64,000 nt of DNA from Eledone cirrhosa (lineage: Eukaryota). Shown piece after piece: positions 7,400 to 17,900 of this stretch. The notes beneath the pieces were generated by a model that was not told the origin of the DNA, searched no databases, and saw only the letters and a list, made by a program, of their open reading frames with translations. Location of the stretch: NCBI GenBank assembly GCA_964016885.1, contig OZ024740.1, positions 418,748,001 through 418,812,000 of the forward strand. The letters run 5' to 3'. How positions within the stretch are numbered: position 1 is the first letter of the stretch; each line of letters opens with the position of its first letter. The position numbers were made by a program, and so were the translations under genes.

Positions 7400-10300
7400 A
7401 TGAATGTAGGCACCTTAAAAGGCCGCTCTAACGAGGTTGTAGAAATGCTTGAACGTAAGGAGGTTGATGTTTGCTGTATCCAAGAGACCAGGTGGAGGAG
7501 CGGGTCTGCTAGATTCATTGTGGGTAAAAAACGATGCTATAAGCTTTTCTGGGTGGGAAATGACAATGGGCTGGGTGGGGTAGGAATTATGTGAGCAGAA
7601 AAATGGGTAGATAAGGTAATAGACGTAAATAGAGTGAATGACAGAATAATTAAAATAAGACTTGTTCTAAATAGAACTATTGTGACAGTAATATCTGCGT
7701 ACGCGCCCCAATCCGGACTGCCTGGCGCTATAAAAGACAGATTCTATGAGACACTGATGCTCACTACCTCCCAAATAACCGACAGTGACTATATAATTAT
7801 TGCTGGCCACCTAAATGGTCACGTTGGACAACATTGTGACGGCTATGACGGAATCCACGGAGGCTATGGGTTTGGTACTAGAAATGAGGTACAGAATCCT
7901 GGAATTCTGTGATGCAAATAACCTAACTATCTGTAACACTAACTTCAAAAAACGAGACAATCACTTGATCACCTACAGATCAGGGGAACATACCAGCCAG
8001 GTAGATTATATCCTTACCAGAAGTCGTGACAGAGTGTCTGTTGTAAACACTAAATCCCTCCCCCATGAAGAATGCACCTCCCAACATAGACTGATAATTA
8101 GCGAGCTCATAGTCAGGATGAGACGTACTAGACAGCGGAAGAGGACTATCCTCAGGAGAAAAATATGGAAGCTAAAGGACCCCACAGCCAGAAATAAATT
8201 TAAAAGCATATTACTTGATGCTTTCGACAGTAAAGAAGAGCATTTAGAGTCGTACAATATAGAGGAACAGTGGGAATTCCTGAAAGCAAACCTGCTGATG
8301 GCAGCAGACGAAGTCTGTGGCTGGAGCAGGCCTATAGGCAGGAGGAGAGTAACATGGTGGTGGAACAGTAAGGTGGAGGAGTCAATTAAGGCCAAAAAGC
8401 AGACTTGGAAAGTATGGTGGGATGGAGGAAGTAGAGAAGACTATCAAGTGGCCAGGAGGGAAGCTAGGAGACAAGTGTATTTCGCAAGAAGGGAAGCAGA
8501 GGAAAGAAAGTTCAAGCATGTTCTACAACGTGAGGACCAAAAACGTGAGGTGTTCAGGATTGCCAGGCAATGTGTCAAGGAAAACTGTGATATTGTCGGG
8601 GAGAAGAGTGTACTTAATGATGATGGTGTACTTGCCATCACTGACGCTGATAAGAAGGTAGCTTGGAAGTGTCACTACGAAAGGCTACTAAATGAGGAGA
8701 ATAAATGGGAGAAAGACAGTCTCCCCCACATCGATCCAATAGAGGGACCAGCAGTGTTAGTCGAAGGTAGTATAATAAGTAAGGCAATCAAAGATATGAA
8801 GACGGGTAAGGCGGCTGGGCCTTCAGAAATAGTTGCTGAAATGCTGAAAGCTTCTGGAACGGTGGGACACACCATGGTCACCCGGATAGTAAACCAAGTC
8901 ATACAGAATGGGGTTGTTCCGAAGGACTGGCATAACAGCATCATCATTAACTGCTACAAGGGTAAAGGAGATGCCCTAGATAGGAGTAACTATAGAGGCA
9001 TTAAATTAATCGACCAGGTCATGAAGGTCACAGAAAAAGTAATAGCGCAACTAATCAGAGAGAGAATTGATCTAGATGAAATGCACTTCGGGCTTGTGTC
9101 AGGAAAAAGTACCACAGACGCTCTTTTCATTGTACGACAACTACAGGAGAAGTACCTAGCTAAAAGTAAACCCCTATACTTAGCTTTTGTCGACTTGGAG
9201 AAAGCCTTCGACAGAGTCCCCCGTTCCATTATCTGGTGGGCTCTTAGAAAACTAGGTGTTGATGAATGGCTTGTGAGAGCTATACAAGCCATGTCTAAAG
9301 AAACAGTCAGCAAGGTTAGAATTAACAACGAATATAGTGAAGAGTTTAGCGTAAAAGTTGGTGTTCATCAGGGCTCCGTTCTTAGCCCCCTACTATTTAT
9401 TATCGCCCTTCAGGCTATAACGGTGGAGTTCAAGACCGGCTGCCCGTGGGAACTCCTATACGCAGATGATCTAACGCTCATAGCTGAATCAATGGCCGAA
9501 CTAGAGAAGAAATTCCAAACATGGAAGCATGGCCTAGAATCAAAAGGCCTTAAAATTAACCTGTATAAGACTAAAGTTCTAGTTTGTAGGAAGGAAAATA
9601 GGGCGCTGGTCCCATCTAGGAAATGGCCATGCTCAGTGTGTAGGAAAGGAGTAGGTAGAAACTCCATTTTATGTCCCAAATGCAAAATATGGGTGCATAA
9701 AAGATGTAGTGGGATCACAGGTAAGCTAACTAAGAACATAGATTTTATATGTGGCCGGTGCTCTGGTGCAATAAGTAGCAGCAAGTGCCCACAAAATACT
9801 AGCTCTTTCAATTGCACAGATGGTTCTATAGAAATAGTGGACAGCTTCCGTTACCTGGGTGATAAAATCAGCAGTGGGGGAAGGTGCTCTGAAAGTACAG
9901 TAGCTAGAGTCAGAACTGGATGGAAAAAGTTCAGAGAGCTTATACCACTATTAGCCGCTAAAGGGTTCTCCCTAAAAATGAAAGGCAGGCTGTATGATGC
10001 CTGCATACGAACAGCAATGTTGCATGGCAGTGAGACCTGGGCATTGTGTGCAGAGGATATACGCAGACTAGAAAGGAACGAAGCTTGCATGCTCCGCTGG
10101 ATGTGTAATAGTAATATACATGAACGGCAAAGCATAAACGAACTAAGGGAAAAATTAGAAATAAGAGGGATCAGATGTTGTTTACTCGAGAGAAGGCTAC
10201 GTTGGTATGGTCACGTGATGCGCATGAAAGACAACAGCTGTATAAAAAAGTGCAGGGCAATAAAAATAGACTGTAGCCACAGAGTAGGCAGACCCAGAAA

Positions 10301-10445
10301 AACCTGGGACGACTTGATAATTTCAGACCTCACACACTTCCACCTCTCCAAGACAATGTCACTGGACCGAGAGCTTTGGCGCTTCACAGTAATAGAGAAG
10401 TACTGTTTAGTAGAGAAGTACTGTACTTACCTAAGTACAAAGTAA
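7400..10445 (+). pseudogene. Disrupted RTE APE-RT ORF (ORF pieces 7181..7594, 7634..7912, 7815..10445)
   Basis: Collinear with the 910..3957 protein; RT (YADD), PHD finger and C-terminus remain open in the last piece. Confidence 0.92.
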
Positions 10446-10824
10446 AACCTACTACAGTCAGTAGGCACCTCTAACAAAATACACCCCGTCCCACTACCCC
10501 CACCCCATCCACACCACCCCTTTCAATGTAAAGTTATGTTGGTACCACAACATCCAGCCCGAAACAAATGAGGTCGTGTAGGTGTCACGACAAAAAAAAC
10601 ACACAGTCCACGCTGTAATGTGGCTCTGTAGGTAACACGGTAAAAACCTCCCAGTTCCACACTTTAAACGTGGTCGGTGTTAGGAAGGGCATCCAGCCAT
10701 AGAAAACCCGCCAGACAGTCCTATGCGAGCAAGACAACCACTCTTGCCTGAAGTGGGAAAACTCCCGTCCAAACCCATGCAAGCGTGGAATATGGACGTT
10801 AAACGATGATGATGATGATGATGA

Positions 10825-10828
<4 letters not shown>
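7400..10828 (+). mobile_element. RTE LINE subfamily B copy 1, near full-length, disrupted in the endonuclease
   Basis: Starts MNVGTLKGR; TGA at 7592-7594; frameshift near 7888; GHLNG instead of GDFNG; 3' UTR and (GAT)n tail; (TA)n on both sides. Confidence 0.95.

Positions 10829-10874
<46 letters not shown>
10827..10874. repeat. (TA)n microsatellite
   Basis: Directly visible. Confidence 0.95.
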
Positions 10875-10877
<3 letters not shown>

Positions 10878-10922
10878 TTCAATTTTGGATTACCTCGTCG
10901 ATTGTAATCTTATTATGAAGAC

Positions 10923-11012
10923 GCTGTCTGAAGAGAGCATGGCAGTGAATTCTACGCCGAATTGCGTAGTCAATGTCATCCTCAAAATATGTATCACAGC
11001 ATTATCAATAAA
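10923..11012 (+). ncRNA. Minimal type I hammerhead ribozyme with long stem II, degenerate (GAAA->AAAA), followed by AATAAA, within a ~155-bp element (10875-11030) between TA tracts
   Basis: GCUGU CUGAAGA (10928-10934) GAG-CAUGGCA-GUGA-AUU-CUACGC-CGAAUU-GCGUAG-UCA-A-UGUCAU-C-CUC AAAA (10984-10987) U-AUGU-AUC^ ACAGC ... AAUAAA (11007-11012). Stems I and II pair extensively. Confidence 0.7.
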
Positions 11013-11254
11013 GGACTTTATCATCTAAACTATATATATATACTGTATATATCATAAATTACCATTTCTTTATTTTACTGACCCTTCCCCATTAATTTCA
11101 AATTATTGAACAGTATATATCGCTGTATTTTACGAAGCCCAATTAATTGTGACAATATGACATATTGTATGTAGGCCCCAACTAATTAATTCATAACAAA
11201 TGATCAAAATCGTTTTACTGAAAATAAATAATTTATTTTCAGTCGACCAGAAAA

Positions 11255-11466
11255 TTTCTGGCTGTATCCAGCCAATACCCTCTCACCTCTTTCTGTTCAG
11301 ACCAGCCATAACTAGCAACTCATACTAATGTTAAGGTATAGTTCTCAAAATAAATAATATCAAAATCTCATAGATTTCTAAATGTTTATCTATAAACATA
11401 CCATGTTTCTTTAGAAATACGAAATTCCAATACATATATATAGTAATGTAAATGCTAAAGGGTTAA
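11255..11466. mobile_element. Possible degenerate TTAA-type (piggyBac-like) MITE remnant
   Basis: Right end AATGCTAAAGGG-TTAA fits a CCCTTT-type TIR plus TTAA target; no intact left TIR seen, left boundary approximate. Confidence 0.3.
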
Positions 11467-11480
11467 ATAAAAATTCTTAC

Positions 11481-11590
11481 CTTGCTGAGTCTTGCAATAT
11501 TTCTGTAAAGGGACAAAGGTAGAGTGAAAAGAATGATTGATAAGGCTATGACGAATTGACGATTTCCCAGTACCATGTATGTGACACCCT
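11481..11590 (-). CDS. SLC38A11: Internal coding exon of a putative sodium-coupled neutral amino acid transporter 11 (SLC38 family)
   Basis: Acceptor ttttttctcaatattttctgatccAG, donor AAG|GTAAGA; 110 nt (2 nt + 36 codons) encoding GVTYMVLGNRQFVIALSIILFTLPLSLYRNIARLSK, resembling the recalled vertebrate SLC38A11 segment FTLPLSLYRNIAKLGK. Confidence 0.85.
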
Positions 11591-11809
11591 CTGGATCAGA
11601 AAATATTGAGAAAAAATGTGTTAACAAAATGAACTTCAAGATACATCTATATCTGAATAATTAAAAGACAAAAATTAAAGAAAGGATCGTATAAAATAAT
11701 TTATAGCTATTATCATAATCATAATTATATATCACAGCTCTGTTATTACAGACAGTGGTTAAAATGTCTCAGGAAAGAATCACTGGACAGATTTTATTGG
11801 CAAAACAAT

Positions 11810-11961
11810 TTGGCAGGAGACCCCAGGGGTAGATGGTTGGATAACATCCATAGAGCTTGGCTGGTCTCACTTGGGGACCCTGTCAGATCAGTTGGAGATG
11901 GTTGCTTCTGACAGGACCCACTAGCAGGATTGTTTGAATACTCTTCCCCCATGACCCTCTC
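11810..11961 (+). mobile_element. Old 3' fragment of a different LINE (RTE-like C-terminus) ending in an (AAG)n tail
   Basis: Translates to PRGRWLDNI...SLGDPVRSVGDGCF*, resembling the GRPxxRWxDxI...DRxxWR end of RTE ORFs. Confidence 0.5.
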
Positions 11962-12022
11962 AAGAAGAAGAAGAAGAAGAAGAAGAAGAAGAAGAAGAAG
12001 AAGAAGAAGAAGAAGAAGAAGA
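11962..12022. repeat. (AAG)n microsatellite, about 20 units
   Basis: Directly visible. Confidence 0.95.
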
Positions 12023-12582
12023 TTCATAACTACATAACTACCACCTTGGTCCCCACTCCCGAATGTTAAAACACTTGATTTTTTTAACAATCTCTGATGT
12101 TGCAACTTGTTCTCTCTCGAAACTCCATTTCCTAAAGAAGGACTTATGTCCGTAAAGTCAAACCATCTTCTCCTTCCTCCTAAGCATGATATTAATAAGA
12201 ATTGGTGTTTTTGCATCCTTGTGTTTGTGTTACATATATATAAATATATGTATATATAAACATACGGTATATTGCCAAATATACTATACATACATTCATA
12301 TATACATCACTATTTCAGAGTACTAATACTAATACCTAATTTTTGCTGGACCGGCAATCACTCTGTATAATCAGCTCCTGATTATTATTGGAATTATTAT
12401 TGGAATTATAAGAATCCAATTTCTATAATTTACTGCAGAGGCAGGGGTGTGCGTGGTCTTGATAAACACCAAACAGCGAGAAACAGACTGTCAATCACTC
12501 TCCCTTCTTTCGCCGAAAATAAGTAATGGTTTTCTAAATGTTTTTGATTAAACATACAGTATATTGCCAAATATACTATACA

Positions 12583-14685
12583 AGTCAGTCTCCCCCACAT
12601 CAACCCAATAGAGGGACCAGCAGTGCAAGTCAAAGGTAGTATAATAAGTAAGGCAATCAAAGATATGAAGACGGGTAAGGCGGCTGGGCCTTCGGAAATA
12701 GTTGCTGAAATGCTGAAAGCTTCTGGAACGGTGGGACACACCATGGTCACCCGGATAGTAAACCAAGTCATACAGAACGGGGTTGTTCCGAAGGACTGGC
12801 ATAGCAGCATCATCATTAACTGCTACAAGGGTAAAGGAGATGCCCTAGATAGGAGTAACTATAGAGGCATTAAATTAATCGACCAGGTCATGAAGGTCAC
12901 AGAAAAAGTAATAGCGCAACTAATCAGAGAGAGCGAATTGATCTAGATGAAATGCACTTCGGGTTTGTGTCAGGCAAAAGTACCACAGACGCTCTTTTCA
13001 TTGTACGACAACTACAGAAGTACCTAGCTAAAAGTAAACCCCTATACTTAGCTTTTGTCGACTTGGAGAAAGCCTTCGACAGAGTCCCCCGTTCCATTAT
13101 CTGGTGGGCTCTTAGAAAACTAGGTGTTGATGAATGGCTTGTGAGAGCTATACAAGCCATGTCTAAAGAAACAGTCAGCAAGGTTAGAATTAACAACGAA
13201 TATAGTGAAGAGTTTAGCGTAAAAGTTGGTGTTCATCAGGGCTCCGTTCTTAGCCCCCTACTATTTATTATTGCCCTTCAGGCTATGACGGTCGAGTTCA
13301 AGACCAGCTGCCCATGGGAACTCCTATACGCAGATGATCTAACGCTCATAGCTGAATCAATGGCCGAACTAGAGAAGAAATTCCAAACATGGAAGCATGG
13401 TCTAGAATCAAAAGGCCTTAAAATTAACCTGTCTAAGACTAAAGTTCTAGTAGTTTGTAGGAAGGAAAATAGGGTGCCGGTCCCATCCGGGAAATGGCCA
13501 TGCTCAGTGTGTAGGAAAGGAGTAGGTAGAAACTACATTTTATGTCCCAAATGCAAAGTATGGGTGCATAAAAGATGTAGTGGGATCACAGGTAAGCTAA
13601 CTAAGAACATAGAATTTATATGTGGCCGGTGCTCTGGTGCAATAAGTAGCAGCAAGTGCCCACAAAATACTAGCTCTTTCAATTGCACAGATGGTTCTAT
13701 AGAAATAGTGGACAGCTTCCGTTACCTGGGTGACAAAATCAGCAGTGGAGGAGGGTGCTCTGAAAGTACAGTAGCTAGAGTCAGAACTGGATGGAAAAAG
13801 TTCAGAGAGCTTATACCACTATTAGCCGCTAAAGGGTTCTCCCTAAAAATGAAAGGCAGGCTGTATGATGCCTGCATACGAACAGCAATGTTGCATGGAA
13901 GTGAGACCTGGGCATTGTGTGCAGAGGATATACGCAGACTGGAGAGGAACGAAGCCTGCATGCTCCGCTGGATGTGTAATAGTAATATACATGAACGGCA
14001 AAGCATAAACGAACTAAGGGAAAAATTAGAAATAAGAGGGATCAGATGTTGTTTACTTGAGAGAAGGCTACGTTGGTATGGTCACGTGATGCGCATGAAA
14101 GACGACAGCTGTATGAAAAAGTGCAGGGCAATAAAAATAGACGGTAGCCACGGAGTAGGCAGACCCAGAAAAACCTGGGACGACTTGATAAATTCCGACC
14201 TCACACACTTACACTTCTCCAAGACAATGTCACTGGACCGAGATCTTTGGCGCTACACAGTAATAGAGAAGACCCGCCTTACCTAAATACAAAGTAAAAC
14301 CTACTACAGTCAGTAGGCACCTCTAACAAAATACACCCCCATCCCACTACCCTCACCCCATCCACACCACCCCTTTCAGTGTAAAGTTATGTTGGTACCA
14401 CAACATCCAGGCCGAAACAAATGAGGTCGTGTAGGTGTCACGACAAAAAAAAAACACACACAGTCCACGCTGTAATGTGGCCGTGTAGGTAACACTGTAA
14501 AAACCTCCCAGTTCCACACTGTAAATGTGGTTGGTGTTAGGAAGGGCATCCAGCCGTAGAAAACCCGCCAGACAGTCCTATGCGAGCAAGACAACCACTC
14601 TTGCCTGAAGTGGGAAAACTCCTGTCCAAACCCATGCAAGCGTGGAATATGGACGTTAAGCGATGATGATGATAATGATGATGAT
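12583..14685 (+). mobile_element. RTE LINE subfamily B copy 2, 5'-truncated, frameshifted
   Basis: Highly similar to ~8713-10828; ORFs 12623..12946 and 12952..14286 are split by a frameshift near 12930; 3' UTR and (GAT)n tail. Confidence 0.95.
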
Positions 14686-14947
14686 ACATTCATATATATA
14701 TATATAGATATATATATGCAAAAAGCGTAACAGAGCATTGAACTTGAAGAAATACTTCCTAGAACACTAAAATGAACTTTAAAGACATATATTTAGATTC
14801 TTTTGCCTTCAATCAATATTTCCAGTTATAAAAGACAATTTTTAAAATATAACAGAGCTGTAAAATAGTTACTTAAATGAATCTCTGTTGATTTTGATGA
14901 CATTGCTAAAGAGATTCCAGCCGTAACCATCCTTTTAGTTTTCAGAT

Positions 14948-17900
14948 GTAGTACATCTAAGATAGTAGTACATCTAAGACTCTAGTAGTATATCTAAGAC
15001 TCTAGTAGTACATCTAAGACTCTAGTAATATATCTAAGACTATAGTAGTACATCTAAGACTATAGTAGTATATCTAAGACTATAGTAGTCTATCTAAGAA
15101 AATAGTAGTATATTTAAGCCACTAGTAGTACATCTAAGACTATAGAAGTATATCTAAGACTAAGTAGTATATCTAAGACTATAGTAGTACATCTAAGACT
15201 ATAGTAGTACATCTAAGACTATAGTAGTATATCTAAGACTAAGTAGTATATCTAAGACTATAGTAGTACATCTAAGACTATAGTAGTACATCTAAGACTA
15301 TAGTAGTATATCTAAGACTAAGTAGTATATCTAAGACTATAGTAGTACATCTAAGACTATAGTAGTACATCTAAGGCTGTAGTAGTATATCTAAGACTAT
15401 ACTAGTACATCTAAGACTATAGTAGTATATCTAAGACTATAGTAGTACATCTAAGACTATAGTAGTCTATCTAAGACAATAGTAGTATATTTAAGCCTCT
15501 AGTAGTACATCTAAGACTATAGTAGTATATCTAGGATTATAGTAGTATATTTAAGCCTCTAGTAGTACATCTAAGACTATAGTAGTATATCTAAGACTAT
15601 AGTAGTCTATCTAAGACTATAGTAGTATATCTAAGACTATAGTAGTATATCTAAGACTGTAGTAGTATATCTAAGACTATAGTAGTACATCTAAGAATAT
15701 AGTAGTATATCTAAGATTATAGTAGTATATCTAAGACTATAGTAGTACATCTATGACTATAGTAGTATATTTAAGCCTCTAGTAGTACATATAAGACTAT
15801 AGTAGTATATCTAAGACTATAGTGGTATATCTAAGACTATAGTAGTATATCTAAGACTATAGTAGTATATCTAAGAATATAGTAGTACATCTAAGACTAT
15901 AGTAGTATATTTAAGCCTCTAGTAGTACATCTAAGACTATAGTAGTATATCTAAGACTATAGTAGTATATCTAAGACTATAGTAGTATATCTAAGACTGT
16001 AGTAGTACATCTAAGACTATAGTAGTATATTTAAGCCTTTAGTAGTACATCTAAGACTATAGTAGTATATCTAAGACTATAGTAGTCTATCTAAGACTAT
16101 AGTAGTATATCTAAGACTATAGTAGTATATCTAAGACTATAGTAGTATATCTAAGACTATAGTACTACATCTAAGACTATAGTAGTACATCTAAGACTAT
16201 AGTAGTATATCTAAGACTATAGTAGTAAATCTGAGACTATAGTAGTACATCTAAGACTATAGTAGTACATCTAAGACTATAGTAGTATATCTAAGACTAT
16301 AGTACAACATCTAAGACTATAGTAGTACATCTGAGACTATAGTAGTAAATCTGAGACTATAGTAGTATATTTAAGCCTCTAGTAGTACATCTAAGACTAT
16401 AGTAGTATATTTAAGCCTCTAGTAGTACATCTAAGACTATAGTAGTATATCTAAGACTATAGTAGTATATCTAAGACTAAGTAGTATATCTAAGACTATA
16501 GTACTACATCTAAGACTATAGTAGTACATCTAAGACTATAGTAGTATATCTAAGACTATAGTAGTATATCTAAGACTATAGTAGTACATCTAAGACTATA
16601 GTAGTACATCTAAGACTATAGTAGTATATCTAAGACTATAGTAATATATGTAAGACCATAGTACTACATTTAAGACTATAGTAGTATATCTAGGACTATA
16701 GTAGTACATCTAAGACTATAGTAGTATATCTAAGACTGTAGTAGTATATCTAAGACTATAGTAGTATATCTAAGACTATAGTAGTACATCTAAGACTATA
16801 GTAGTATATCTAAGACTATAGTAGTATATCTAAGACTGTAGTAGTACATCTAAGACTATAGTAGTATATCTAGGACTATAGTAGTACATTTAAGACTATA
16901 GTAGTATATCTAGGACTATAGTAGTACATCTAAGATTATAGTAGTGTATCTAAGACTATAGTAGTATATCTAAGGCTATAGTAGTATATCTAAGGCTATA
17001 GTAGTATATTTAAGCCTCTAGTAGTACATCTAAAACTATAGTAGTATATCTAAGACTATAGTAGTCTATCTAAGACTATAGTAGTATATCTAAGACTATA
17101 GTAGTATATCTAAGACTGTAGTAGTATATCTAAGACTATAGTAGTACATCTAAGACTATAGTAGTATATCTAAGACTATAGTAGTACATCTAAGACTATA
17201 GTAGTATATTTAAGCCTCTAGTAGTACATCTAAGACTATAGTAGTATATCTAAGATTATAGTAGTATATCTAAGACTATAGTGGTATATCTAAGACTATA
17301 GTAGTATATCTAAGACAATAGTAGTACATCTAAGACTATAGTAGTATATTTAAGCCTCTAGTAGTACATCTAAGACTATAGTAGTATATCTAAGACTATA
17401 GTAGTCTATCTAAGACTATAGTAGTATATCTAAGACAATAGTAGTATATCTAAAACTATAGTAGTATATCTAAGACTATAGTACTACATCTAAGACTATA
17501 GTAGTACATCTAAGACTATAGTAGTATATCTAAGACTATAGTAGAAAATCTGAGACTATAGTAGTACATCTAAGACTATAGTAGTACATCTAAGACTATA
17601 GTAGTATATCTAAGACAATAGTACTACATCTAAGACTATAGTAGTACATCTGAGACTATAGTAGTAAATCTGAGAACTATAGTAGTATATTTAAGCCTCT
17701 AGTAGTACATCTAAGACTATAGTAGTATATTTAAGCCTCTAGTAGTACATCTAAGACTATAGTAGTATATCTAAGACTATAGTAGTATATCTAAGACTAT
17801 AGTAGTATATCTAAAACTATAGTACTACATCTAAGACTATAGTAGTACATCTAAGACTATAGTAGTATATCTAAGACTATAGTAGTAAATCTAAGACTAT

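Noticed and set aside
11794-12291. 165-aa minus-strand ORF with poly-Leu
   Set aside because: It is built from the (AAG)n tract, TA-rich sequence and a decayed LINE fragment, with no recognisable domain.
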